Assembly: GCF_006345805.1 (NCBI RefSeq)
Contig: NW_021835997.1
Coordinates: forward strand, 289,330 to 353,329
Origin: Octopus sinensis
Lineage: Eukaryota
Length of the DNA stretch: 64,000 bases
Direction: 5' to 3'
Shown here: piece by piece, positions 1-12,194 of the stretch
Numbering within the stretch: position 1 is the first letter of the stretch
Layout: every line of letters begins with the position of its first letter
The notes under the pieces: model-generated
The model's input: the letters and a program-made list of their open reading frames with translations, nothing else
Database searches by the model: none
What the model was told of the DNA's origin: nothing
Program-made: the position numbers and the translations under genes

Positions 1-11
1 AAAATAATTTT

Positions 12-790
12 GGTACTTTTGTCGAAGTGGTCGCAGTTTTTTTAGGCCTTTTAAAAAATCTAATAATTTTTGAGGTGGAATATATTATATTTTATTTAAG
101 TCGCTCTATCAATAATTTAAAATATTATTAAATTTTTTACTAATTTATTTTCTAATTTTTTTAATATTATGGCGAGCATGTACCTAATATTGATATAAAC
201 TGGCACTATAGGTCACATGGAAAATTCTGTTGTGGACTTATGCAACATCAAATTCCGACAGCTCCCAATAAGTAAGGAGGATGCAGTGCATTTTCTGCAA
301 AATGTGGATATCCTTTCAAAATCACGTATATGTCCGAAGGGACATCAGATGGAATTAGTCTTGGGACCGAAGCTCAATTGGAAATGCTCAAGAGTTGGTT
401 GTAGAGTCCAATGTTCTATTAAAAAAGGTATAATTTCTCTCAAATAATTCTAGATACCTGGTTAGAGAATTGTAGATTGCCATTTGAGGATGTCATCGCC
501 TACATATACTTATGGAGTTACGATAGGCATACCTTCAAATGGCTTCATCACGAATACAATTGGGGTGAACATACATATGTCGATTGGGCTATGTTTTTAC
601 GTGAAGTCTGTGTGGAAAGCTCAAAGAGGAGCTGTAAGACATCATCTGGGATCTTATTTCGCAGGTTTTTTTAGTTAGTTATTTTTTCAGAATTTATGTG
701 GCGAAAACAAATACAGAACTATAAGGAATCTTTTGCACAGATTGTAAAAGACATAAATTCCTTCTACAGTCCTGGAATTTAAACAATGAA
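12..790 (+). mobile_element. Merlin/IS1595-like DNA transposon, internally deleted (non-autonomous)
   Basis: ORF pieces: CPKGH..WKC..C Zn motif, TYVDWAMFLREVC, then a jump to C-terminal RHHLGSY/SEFMWRK; DDE core absent. GGTACTTTTGTCGAAGTGGTCG at 12-33 is a possible left TIR with no partner found. Confidence 0.7.
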
Positions 791-817
791 GGCGAACTTT
801 TGTTTTTACTATACTAA

Positions 818-872
818 GGATCTCCATCGCTTGCGAAGTGCATCGGGGATCACTGGGATTATAATTAACTGG
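818..872 (+). mobile_element. 3' fragment of the tRNA-derived SINE (also 27981-28033)
   Basis: GGATCTCCATCGCTTG..GGGGATCACTGGGATTATAATTAACT resembles the 3' part of the SINE at 15085-15492 and 53515-53945. Confidence 0.45.
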
Positions 873-1556
873 ACTACTCAGTTTTACTGGTCTAATAAAT
901 AAATAATGGGAGAATAATGCGGTTTAGTCGTGGTCGGCCTTGTGCAGAGGATTTTTTAACTTCCAAACGAAATAATAGAAGCAGTACATTTTTAAGAATC
1001 TTTCAGCTTCATAAGACATCCTTGGTTGACTCAAGTATAATTAACTTTGATTTATTTAAATCTAATTAAGACTGATATAATTCTGCAGCATTACCAACCG
1101 AGTTTATTCGTCTTCGATTAAAAAATATAATATTTTAGATTCAAGTTGAGATAAAATCTGTCCGAAGCTGTTTTAAGTGGAGATCAAGAAACTCAGAAAA
1201 TGGGATTTCCAATCTGAGAAAGTGGAACTAATATTCTACGAAAAAGTGAACATTGTCCCGATTTTACTAACTTTGATGCACTCATGAAAAGTATATGGAG
1301 TAAGGAAGATCAATAAATATGAATGAGTCAGTCATTGATAATTAAAAACAGACTAGGAAGTAAAATTGTGTATTTTTAAAAACAAAATTGTTCCATAGAA
1401 AAGGAACATTGAGCTAGATAGTAGAATACATTATATTATACTAGCTCGGCAGCTCGCTTCGCTCACCGCGACCTAGCTCCTGCGGAGGGCCTGTTTCATC
1501 AAACAACTATAAGTTTATGTAGATGTATAAAACTACCTGGTTTAATGTAACCCTAT

Positions 1557-1960
1557 TCTATCGCCTGTTGATAAACGATGTTTGTCGTCCGTCCTTCCTT
1601 GGCATATATGAATAAATTTTCTCTTCTGCCTACCCTCGAGCATCCCACATACAGCTGTCCATGTGAAAAGCACTCATTCTCTAAAAATAACCCAACTACC
1701 TTTAATGACTGTCACTGGGCCTTGTTTATTGTCATTGCAAAACTCATCCTCAAAGGAAATTGCAGCCTTTTAAATCTAAATGGTAATTCATCAGAAATTA
1801 TCGGAATTCGTGGAATATAAACATCCTCACCTCTATACTTACCTGTTAATATCGTCGCCTCTATTACGTTAGCCATTAAATTTTTGATAACTAACCTCGT
1901 TCCGTTGCATAATTTAGGTGGCGCAAGATTTCGTAATAAAACCACTGGCGGAAATGGGGC
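1557..1960 (-). pseudogene. Helitron Rep/Hel PIF1-type helicase C-terminal fragment
   Basis: LLRNLAPPKLCNGTRL..IPRIP..FKRLQFPLRMSFAMTINKAQ, continuing frameshifted into SLKVVG..FSHGQLYVGCSRV. Confidence 0.88.
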
Positions 1961-2050
1961 AGGCAGAGTAGCAGCAGCCAAAAAAGCGACACACAAAAAG
2001 ATTTAATTAATTACCTTAAGGTGCCCGTTTTTTCTTCAGCTTCGTTTTTC

Positions 2051-2517
2051 TTCCTTCGGTTATCTATTTAAAAAATTATTTTTGAATAATAAAAAATATT
2101 AGAAAAAAAGAGGCATACAGAAAATAAATTCTATCTTTACGAAAAACTTATTTTCTTAAGGTCGTCTTCCCTCCTTCGGTTATCTATTGAAAAAATTATT
2201 TTTGAATAATAAAAAAGTTTAGGAAAAGAGACATACCGAAAATAAATTCTATCTTTACGAAAAACTTAACTAAATAGTGAATATTTTTACGCAAATTCTT
2301 CAGATTGCGCTGTCAATTGGTGGTAAATTGTGTTAATTATTGTGCTAATGTGGTTTCAACTATCAAAGTGTTTTTCAAAATCTGTTAATTGCACACTCTA
2401 TTCAAGGTCGTGCGTCAATTGGTGGTAAATTGTGTTAATGATTGTGCTAATGTGGTTTCAACTATCAAAGTGGTTTTTCAAAATCTGTTAATTGCACACT
2501 CTATTCAAGGTCGTGCA
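2051..2517. repeat. Two local direct duplications inside the Helitron (~2051-2160/2171-2270 and ~2306-2410/2411-2517)
   Basis: Repeated blocks TCCTTCGGTTATCTATT..ACGAAAAACTTA and GTCAATTGGTGGTAAATTGTG..TCAAGGTCGTGC. Confidence 0.85.
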
Positions 2518-2721
2518 ATCTGTAATTGCACATTCTGTCAAAGTCAAATATAATAGCTTTAATTTTGATTCATGTCGATAATGGTATATGCATTTAATTT
2601 TAAAGAGAAAAACATAGGATGAATTGAATTTCTTTCTCGCGAATAATTAGGAGTTCATCAGTGTTAATATTCTCGCTGTCGTTTTCATCAAAGATATTCT
2701 TAACACGTAAGATTTTTGCCT

Positions 2722-3717
2722 GGAAGGTTTTAATGGACCTCATCATGAATGTCGAGGACATTCGCGTTGTTCATTTTAACCAAAATGCAGAAATTTTTTT
2801 TTTAATTTTTTTTTAGGGGGAAGGTTTTAAGGACCTCATCATGTAAGTCGAGGACATCGTAGTTGTTCATTTTGACCAAAATGCAGAAAAATTTTTTTTA
2901 ATTTTTTTTGGGGGAAAGGTTTTAAGGACCTCATCATGTAAGTCGAGGATATCGTAGTTGTTCATTTTAACCAAAATGCAGAAACTTTTTTTTTAATTTT
3001 TTTGGGGGGGGAAGGTTTTAAGGACCTCATCATGTAAGTCGAGGACATCGTAGTTGTTCATTTTGACCAAAATGCAGAAAAATTTTTTTTAATTTTTTTT
3101 GGGGGAAAGGTTTTAAGGACCTCATCATGTAAGTCGAGGATATCGTAGTTGTTCATTTTAACCAAAATGCAGAAAATTTTTTTTTAATTTTTTTGGGGGG
3201 GAAGGTTTTAAGGACCTCATCATGTAAGTCGAGGACATCGTAGTTGTTCATTTTGACCAAAATGCAGAAAAATTTTTTTTAATTTTTTTTGGGGGAAAGG
3301 TTTTAAGGACCTCATCATGTAAGTCGAGGATATCGTAGTTGTTCATTTTGACCAAAATGCAGAAAATTTTTTTTTAATTTTTTTGGGGGGGGAAGGTTTT
3401 AAGGACCTCATCATGTAAGTCGAGGACATCGTAGTTGTTCATTTTGACCAAAATGCAGAAAAATTTTTTTTTTTTTTTTGGGGGAAAGGTTTTAAGGACC
3501 TCATCATGTAAGTCGAGGACATCGTAGTTGTTCATTTTGACCAAAATGCAGAAAATTTTTTTTTAATTTTTTTGGGGGGGGAAGGTTTTAAGGACCTCAT
3601 CATGTAAGTCGAGGACATCGTAGTTGTTCATTTTGACCAAAATGCAGAAAAATTTTTTTTAATTTTTTTTGGGGGAAAGGTTTTAAGGACCTCATCATGT
3701 AAGTCGAGGACATCGTA
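2722..3717. repeat. Minisatellite, 11 units (last partial) of ~93-96 bp with dimeric higher-order structure
   Basis: GGACC anchors at 2735, 2831, 2926, 3022, 3117, 3212, 3307, 3403, 3496, 3592, 3687; no unique spacers. Confidence 0.95.
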
Positions 3718-3736
3718 TTGCCAATTTGAAGTTGGT

Positions 3737-3784
3737 GTGCACACACAGACAGACAGACAGAACGACAGACAGACAGACACACAC
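3737..3784. repeat. (AC)n/(AGAC)n compound microsatellite near the Helitron 5' end
   Basis: GTGTGCACACACAGACAGACAGACAGAACGACAGACAGACAGACACACAC. Confidence 0.9.
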
Positions 3785-4516
3785 CATACCATTTTATTAT
3801 TAAGATTTGACACGATTGTTCCTTTGCAGTTGATAAGTCAAGAGCAAGGATACAGACGTGCTTACGTGAAATCTTTCACGATGAACTAAATAAATGGGAC
3901 TGAATGCCTGAAGGGAGAAATGAATGTCACCATGTAGATAGCGTCGAGTTTACTAGTCAAAGATGAAACTGACTAGTTAATAGCTTACTTTTATATGCCA
4001 TGATTACATAAAGAAATGTGTATGAAAAAAATAAATAACATTTTTTTGAAAAAATTGTTAATAAGGGCCATAACCTTTATATCGAAGGATGTAAATTGTC
4101 ATCATTGAAATGAACCCCAAAATGAAGATTACAAAATATAATATTTTTTGCTTCCGGAATTTTCTTAAGGAATATCTTTGCGCATCTGGAGAGACCTTAA
4201 ATTAAGTAATCGACCTCTAAACCACGTATATAATCTGATTCGACTGTTGCAATTTTGGTGCTGACTGTATCTTAATATTTTCCTTATAACTTGGCGGATC
4301 CATATTATTATCACACGATCTACTTAACTAACAAATACAGACAATTTTATTTATTAATTAATATTTTTAATACAAAATAAAAAACAAATTAAAATTAATC
4401 ATTTCTTTATATCATATTTTGATAAACAAATAAATAAGTATTTATAATTTTTTAGACTTGATAAATTAATCATAAATATTTTTCAGAGAATAAGGCAAAT
4501 TTTAATGATATTACAT

Positions 4517-4864
4517 TCATTTTCTCTCACCAACGGTGTGGGTAACCTTCACGTGGTGTTGTTTAGATCCTGTTTTAACAGCAACTAAAAGACCTTCAAC
4601 AATCTCCCGATCTGTTCGTTGCCACATCGATCTTCTAGCTGCAATTGAGCGAGCACAAAGCTCTAGTTCCCATGCTTCTTTTCCCTTGTGCGGTGACATA
4701 GAGAAGAACTCAGGATCTTCATGACAGTTAAGACTGCTCCAATTGAACATAAATGGAATCTCTTGAAAATCCTTCGAAGTGAATTCATTTCTCTCAACAC
4801 ATTGTACCGATATTGCACTGTTTAAGAGACGAGGCTCTCTATGTAAACCAACTCTAAAATTCAA
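4517..4864 (-). pseudogene. Possible Fringe/B3GLCT-like (GT31) glycosyltransferase exon fragment, copy A
   Basis: GLLVAVKTGSKQHHVKV resembles the Fringe-family IFxAVKTxxKFH motif. No ATG start; ends in a GT donor-like GTGAG. Confidence 0.33.
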
Positions 4865-4869
4865 GCTAT

Positions 4870-6630
4870 CATGTCTATCAAAAATATATTGATCATTGGG
4901 GACCTAAATGTAAAAAAAATCCAGCCTGGCTCTCAAATCAATGCCAAGACTAGCAAAACCTACAACTAATGTCGTAACTGAAAAATCTAGTCATATTGAA
5001 CGACCCACACTTACACACAAGGTGTGATCTAAGATCTAACGAAATTAATACATCCACGGATCTTTTTCTCTCCTCCCCATCAATCGCCTCTTGCATAAAT
5101 TGGTGAGTGATTCATGATCTCCCATCAGACCACAATCCAATTTTTATTTCAATTAACCTTCTATCACCTCGGGACATTTTTCGAAGAACTATCATCAATT
5201 AAAACCGGAAAATTGGTCCCCCATTGTCAAGATATTGAAGCTGCCTTCAAAGACTTCTCTGTAGGAGGACATAACTCACTGGAATCCGCTATCCAATTCT
5301 TCACATCAACACTATTAGCGGCTGATAAGAGATATGTGCTGAAAGGATTCCACAAAAATGCAAAACCGTGCTTCAACAGAGAAATAGTAAAAAAAAGACG
5401 TTTAATGAAAAGGAACAATCGCACAAACGTGCACGAATTGTCAATCCTCGATGAGAAAATCAATCAGATGATCGTAAAGCTTAAGAGAAATAAATGATCA
5501 GAATTTATTTCCACTTTCGACCACAGCACTAAGCTCTTGCATTTCTGGAGAGCTCTAAAAGGAAAGTGTTCATCACAAACAGCCGACACATCACGCCTCT
5601 GGCCTCAACCAAAAAGGGCAAACGAAATCGGTCAGAGAACAGGCAAATACTCTCATGAACCACTATATATACGAAAATCAGTTACATGAGGATAGATAAA
5701 GATACGTTGCTGAAAACTCAAGCTTGATAAAAACTTACTTTCTCTAGAAATAAAAATATCAATTTCTGAAATTAGTTAACTCTTTAAAAACGCTAAGAAT
5801 ACTCACGTTGGGTCCGATGGTCTTTGCATATACCATCCGAAAAATCTTGCCAAAATTGATTGAATGCACTGACTGATATTTTTAAAACATCGCTAAACTG
5901 TGGTTTAATACCTATGGTCTGGAAAAAATCACTTCAATTTTGAAGCCCAGCAAGAACCCTTGCGACCCCGCCTCGTCCAGGTCCAATCTCATGGTCATGG
6001 AACCTGTCTCTATCAAATCTCCAAAAACTCCTATTAATCAAAAACTCGGGCCCTTGCATAATAACTGGCTGCATAGCCCCCACTTTCATCGATCATCTTC
6101 ATTGGGAATCTTGTATCCTTCCGGTTGAAGACCACCTGGTGATGTGGATGAGAGGACTCCAATTTTTCCACGAAATACAAGATCTATCTCATACATGCAA
6201 AAAAATCTTTATTCCAGAAAACAAAAGACATATTATCGCTGCAGTCGTCTCTCAAAAATACTCTTAACGAACAATGGGTAAACTGTGAAAAAAACTAATT
6301 CATGATTACATCTCATCTCGTGATAGCAGGATGCTTTAAAATAACAAATTTCTTGATTCTCCTCTGCCACCGGTCCATCCTTCAGAGCAATCACTCGAAA
6401 GGTACCTCCGTGTCCAGCTTGCACAACTTCGCTCCGGGCACTATTCACCTCATTGTTGAAACACACCGCTCCGTCACCCCTGAAGACCTTTTTTCCTGTC
6501 CTGGACCGTCTCACCTGTCACCACCTATTTGTATTTGGGATCTCTGGGAGCGCCCAATCTCTGCTTCCTGCTACCTAATTACAGCCGGCTTCCTACATGC
6601 TAGAGAAGCCGGGGTAGCTAACTAACTATT
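4870..6630 (+). mobile_element. Degenerate APE-RT non-LTR retrotransposon (Jockey/I-like), copy A
   Basis: Frameshifted motifs ILIIGDLN (APE), VGPDGL, KPSKNPCDPASSR (RT domain 1-2 region); many stops. Confidence 0.65.
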
Positions 6631-6651
6631 CTCTCGTCATGTTCTATACCT

Positions 6652-6742
6652 TTCCAAGTTCAATATGGGAATTTCCAAATTCAATATGGGATTTCCAAGT
6701 TCAAAGTGGGATTTTCCAAATTCAATATGGGATTTCCAAGTT
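6652..6742. repeat. ~20-bp tandem repeat x4-5 (TTCCAA(G/A)TTCAATATGGGA); copy at ~31420-31510
   Basis: Directly visible tandem units. Confidence 0.85.
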
Positions 6743-6858
6743 AATTTTAAAATATTTGAAAAAATAGATAAGTTTAGAATAAAATATACTCAAAACTTGT
6801 TTAAAAATATATTTACACAAATTACTAAACTAACAATTTATTTAGGAAATTGTGCTAT

Positions 6859-9800
6859 TTAATCATCAAGATTAAGAATCATTGCTGCTCCCCTTTTAAT
6901 CCAATGATCGGCTGCTTTATCTCCAATTTTAACGTCCATTACAAACACCCGCATTTCAGCAAGATCGGACGTCATATAGACAGGACATTGGTATATTCCT
7001 GTTATTACTAGTCAAGAAACACGAATATAACCTTTTAAATTTTTCTTCTTTGCTTCCAAGTGCTTCAAATGTACAGAAGGCATATTATAAATTAGCTTCA
7101 TTGGCTCTGGTTCCACCAGACTTGCGTTTTTAATGTCCCAACCTGCTCCTTGCAAGTGGATCCCCTTGATCAACACTCCTTCTGATGGAGATCATGTTAC
7201 ATTATTGTCGCTGATGATAAGGACGTTGAATTCAGAGATCAAATTGTCGAAAGGAACCTAATAATCAAGAAAATGATTTACATTGAGCGTATGGGCACTT
7301 GATTGCTGGACAGCGGTCAAAAAACTGATAGGGTGAATAAATGCCGAGATCAAAAATATTGTAGGAGTCCTTGAAGTGACTGTCCAAGTATTAAAGTGAT
7401 GAACACGAGCATTAAGATCTCGAATCCAGGAAGCGAGCGGTTTTTTCGACGGATAAAGCTGTGATTATCAAATAAAAAACTTGGTTACCTTTCCCCACAA
7501 TTTCGGGACCCTTCCATGATAGATTGACTGGAAAATCTCTTCCAATTCCGTTGACATTGACATGAGACCAAGAATGCCTTCTTCTACTTTATGTGCCGTT
7601 GTTCTAATAACATCCAGCAATTTATTATAGCCGATGACCTTAATAAAATTAACCAAGATCCTCACCTGCTGAACTAGCACAAAACCAATGATAAAGTTGT
7701 CGTTTTTACGGATTCTCAGAGCAGCCTCAATATCAATATTATTTTGAATTTGTTTTTTGATAGAGTTGATATTTTCAAGGACTCTGCTCTCTCCCGTGTC
7801 GTCATGGTCTCCTGATTGTTTAGACTCTGTCAGTAGGAGAGTGGAGAATTAATGGTTTGCAGCAGTTATTTCTGACTGAATTTCGCTATTTAGATGTAGT
7901 CCAAACACTTCTGAGTGTTCGTTATTTGGTAGAGTGTTGATATATTCGTGATATGATTTAAGAGGTCCGTCTTTTGGTACGTAGTATGTCGGCAAAGAAG
8001 ACAACTTATAGTTCGTTTGAGTCAGAATGTTGTCGTTGAAATACTCATTTATGTACGTATTTAGCAAGGTTCTGTCTGAATCGTCTGTGACGTGACCACC
8101 ATAAGTTATTCCAGCGATCAAATGTCTAAGAGCTTCCCAAGGTGTGGTAGAATATTCTTCAAGGTGAACAATTAGTATTTCATTGGAACCTTTCATAAGT
8201 ATCAATCATATACCTCAAAATCCGCATCATTAAATTGGTATGGAACATTCCAACCAATTTTTAGGAATTTTTTACGTTCCGTAATTACTGCGTGGAAGAA
8301 ACAGAGCGAAAACAACAATATTCGGTATTTCTCTGGCTTGGAGCGACGGTTTATTTGTGACTCACGAACAAGATTCTATAACCGCTTCAGGTTAGCTTTA
8401 AGACCCTTTAGTTGAGAGATTTAACAATAAAACTTTTGGAGACTCAGTGGTCATTTTAATCCCGTAGTGTAGAATTGAAATAGGGAAGCACGAATGAGAT
8501 GCACTACTCAACCAAAACCGGAATTTAGGATGTATTTCAGTGTTCTGTAATTCATTCACAATCTTGTCGAGTTCTGGCATCCAACTAAGTGATAAGTGGC
8601 AATTAGCCAGGAATATCCAGTGCCCCTTTAATTATAGAATCTACCTAACTTCTTTAATTCCTTCTTTTATCATTCTGTTGGCAATGAATGACTGTCCTTG
8701 TCCTAGAGAAAGGGCGTGAAATTTTTTGCCATGTTGTATTTTATGGCGATCTGTAAGAGTGCCTGAGTCGGGTCCTAGTTTAGGGACTCATTCAAACACG
8801 ACTAACAACTCCGGGAGACAGTATGAAGATTAAAGGAGTTTGTGGGTGAGAATCGATGAACACATCTTGCATGTTAAGAGGAGGAGGCTCGACGTACTTC
8901 GATCCAAGATTATTCGTTACGAACGACGCCACACATATTGGGACGCGGTCGGGACGGATTGACCGTATAATCAGCATAAAATACCTTAGTACCAGGAAGT
9001 TGATGATTCTCTGGTTCCGAGCTCTGATACCAGAGATGTCAGTATTTCCCATATTGTTCGAATGAGGACATAATTCCGTGGAAATTTGTAAGTTTGTCTA
9101 ATTCCGTCGCGTGATCCCACGATGATTCCGGAAGCCAATGGGAACATGGATTATCCATTTGTTGTTCACGGTCTATAGACTGTAAAGGTGAATAAACTAT
9201 TTTTTACTTCGCCGCCTCGTAAGAAAAAGTTATATTCATCCATATTAATTTTCCCCCGCTGCTTCCATTATTCTTACACAGATCTGGAAGGAAAAAAGTA
9301 GTTTATGTCGCTCGAATAGTCCGCGGCACGTTGTTCTGAATATGGTACAGCGACAAACTTGTAAATAAGATAAGTGTGGTATTCGTTCAGATTTGAAATT
9401 CGCTCCTCAAGCTTTGAGGACCTGGAACTTTTCTCTATAGAATAGTTGAAAAGGTAAATATAGGATTCCAGCGAATATTGATACATGTGATCTACCCCGC
9501 CCATTTGATTCAGAATAAAAAATAAAATTGAAGCTCTTTGGGCGCACGGTAGATAACTTTATTTAAGTATAGAGCTAGAACTTTACCTCTCTGATTGCAT
9601 CGATTTTTTCCTCGGTCTGGTGGACAACGTTGAGTTGGTTAGTCACTTCTGATGCAATAGATTTTGAACTATTAAGGGTCTCCACAAGGTTTTCATCATC
9701 CAACAAAGACCCTTGAGTTTCATTTAGGAGCCTATTTTTATATTATTTGGGCAGCATCAAAATTTTATCTTCAAGTTATTGATGTTTCTTTTTTCCATTG

Positions 9801-10535
9801 GCTATGTTTTGGACAATGGCGTTCTTTTGTTCTTCTAACTCAGGTCGTTTTTTTCTGACGACTATTGCGAGTAGTTGTGTCTTCAAACCTACACGTTTTC
9901 CAAAAGTACGTGATGCCCATAAATAACATAATTTTCAATTTTATTGATATAGTCCTTTGAATGAAAATCAACGACGACTAGATTCTAAATAATTTGATGA
10001 TTCTGACATTTGATTCCTCCATTGTCTTGATCCAATTATTTGCCTGTGATTGCGGATCGATGATAATTGACCATCTAGTTCCTTTTGTTATCGAATGGCA
10101 TTTTCCACTGAGAAATCTCCACTCGGCAGGTTTTGTGAACTCCATTTTTTGACAAGACTCGGATTTGTCATAAAATCAATAAAACTAAATTTGTCCGAGC
10201 AGCAAATATTATTTTCTTTTAACTACAAAATATTTTTATTGCTATTACTATTGGAATCCACTCGTCAAAAATCATCTTGTTTCTGTATTGAGACAAAAAA
10301 GGTCCCGCATATGTAAGGAAAGTCTTCGAAATGACGCAATCACCTGGAAGATTTTTTATTTTTTCGTCCAGTTCCCTTTAGTTATTGATTGCAAAATACA
10401 CCATGACTGTCACTTGCCACCGCTCTCTTTCATTTGCCAAGCCATTGACAAGTTTTTCCGCTCTACTAAGCATCGTTTCCACTCGCTCAGCTTTTTGTTT
10501 CAGTTCCTCCTTTTGCTTCAGTTTATCGTCATATT
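6859..10535 (-). pseudogene. DNAH2: Axonemal inner-arm dynein heavy chain (DNAH2-like), 3' fragment, copy A
   Basis: TPWEALRHLIAGITYGGHVTDD, GFHPQTPLIFILSPG-like, RWSIIIDPQ, C-terminus WIKRGAAMILNLDD*. Lesions: internal AAA5 deletion at ~9893, ~42-bp deletion at ~8990, nonsense TGA near 7193, truncation at 10535. Confidence 0.88.
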
Positions 10536-10650
10536 AGAATGTGTAGATTGTGTAGATTTAAAAATGTAACTTTTAATTAGAATTGATTATTTAAAATTTA
10601 AAGCATAAATAATGAGTTTGCCCGATTAAATTGACATTAATGCCCGAGAA

Positions 10651-10979
10651 TTCGAGCCAACAATAGGCTATGCATGTGCTGCTTGGGGCAACGAACCGGC
10701 TAAAAATCGAAAAAATTCAAGAAAGATCTATCAACCTACTGAAGGACCATACCGATAGGGAAATTGTCCATAGAACACTGGAGTCTCTCGTAGAGGCAAA
10801 TGGGGGGGGGGGATCGTGGAAATGGACCTCAAACCATTCACCGTACATACAGAAAGTGTGTGGGGTCACGGTCGGAACATCGTGAAAAGATGGCTCGACT
10901 GTTGAGAAGTGTCGGAATCACCTGAACGTGTTAGTTAATGGTTAAGACGGTGATTTTGTTTGGCTTAAATAATAATAAT
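10651..10979 (+). mobile_element. 5'-truncated 3' end of APE-type LINE with (AAT)n tail
   Basis: Matches 40947-41253 and the reverse complement of 60945-61270; ends TGTTTGGCTTAAATAATAATAAT. Confidence 0.75.
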
Positions 10980-11255
10980 TAACATAATTGCCCAGATTAA
11001 TGACTTTGCCCGTAACATAATCATTTTTTTATTTAACTCAAGAATCACCAACAGTTAATTAGGGTAATTAATTAGGTGATTTCAACAATTCTCAAAATCT
11101 TTCTCAGCTTTTCCCGATGTTGGACTCTGGACCCAACGCAAAAGCGGGACGGGCGAAGAACAGTTGTCCAAGTCTCAACCATTCGACAGAGATTTTTTTG
11201 AATGGTTTGTTAAAAAACGATCATTTTTATTTACAATCAATGAATATCTTTTGAT

Positions 11256-11502
11256 TTTTTTAGAATGCATAATAACAAGTAAAATAGAGTAGTTAACTAA
11301 TTTAGATGAGTCGCCGAGCGGATGGACAGGCAATTTCCACGTAATATCGCGAACGATATCCGCTGAAAAAGCCAGCTCGTTTCACGACTGTCGTGACTCC
11401 TCCTCGAGATGATTAAACCAATCTCTGAGAGGAGTTTGAGGGCTTTGGGTCCAATTATCCCACTGGTCTCAAAAGCCAGGGGAATGAAGCAGCAGGTACA
11501 GG
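11256..11502 (-). mobile_element. 5'-truncated CRE-like RLE retrotransposon 3' end with 11-bp TSD
   Basis: FIPLAFETSGIIGP..LFQRISFAILRGN; short polyA; TSD TATCTTTTGAT at 11245-11255 and 11503-11513; single empty site at 43456-43466. Confidence 0.88.
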
Positions 11503-11927
11503 TATCTTTTGATGTCCATGTTTCTAAAAATGACAAAAGTTTGTAATATTCAAGGATTAGCATGAAATGGATGGGCTGAGAAATTTAAAAATCGACATTG
11601 CATTGCTTTCCATGCTTTATGTGGGGAAAATAAATTTGTTGAAATCTCTATGATTGAAAATTTTACAGAAAGCCCCAAATTAGAATAATATTGTTAAAAA
11701 ATGTTTTTAATTTGGACGAAACTGGATTATTTTTAAACTTTTGTCGAACAGATCATTAACTGTTGACTCTGACAAAAATCTGTCTAATAAACCGTTATGT
11801 TGAGTGGCCTGCTCATACGTAAACCAAGGCTAGACTGCTGGCCTGTTCCCACATTGACAATGTGGTCAAAGAAAATGCTGAGTCGAGAAAATGCTGAATA
11901 TAACACCATTTTTTGATTTTAATAAAT

Positions 11928-12194
11928 TTATTCGAAAATAAAAAAAACAAGAGAATCGGCCATCCATGCGATTATCATGTGCCTGTAGTCGTCAATAACG
12001 TTGACTTGCAAGTCCTGGACTACTCTGTAGGCGTCCTGTTCCAAGTAATCCTTGATCGTCTTGACGAGCCCCTTCTCCTTCAAGGCAGTCCTCAACTTCC
12101 TCTTGGAGGAGTGATTGGACATGATATTCCACAAAATACGCCATTTGATAAGCATTTCCCACTCATGCTGCTCGAGTGCACTCAAAAAATCCAC
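11928..12194 (-). other. Orphan ~88-aa ORF inside an insertion nested in the Tigger remnant (copy at 43881-44138)
   Basis: Open in both duplicate copies; no family recognised. Confidence 0.3.

Larger units (their letters stand above)
1441..3805 (-). mobile_element. Non-autonomous Helitron, 2365 bp
   Basis: Minus strand begins TC(TTAATAA) and ends (GAG)CTAG with GC-rich subterminal sequence. It sits between A and T with no TSD; the empty site is at 28595/28596. It carries a helicase remnant and a 5' (GTCT)n microsatellite. Confidence 0.93.

Noticed and set aside
2722-3717. CRISPR array
   Set aside because: Units are contiguous and near-identical with no unique spacers; there are no cas genes; the context is eukaryotic and inside a Helitron.
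3600-3813. Short ORFs MCLSVCRSVC...
   Set aside because: Translations of the microsatellite and minisatellite.
11044-11080. Telomeric repeats or de novo telomere-addition sites
   Set aside because: Only isolated TTAGGG-like words; no tandem array anywhere in the window.
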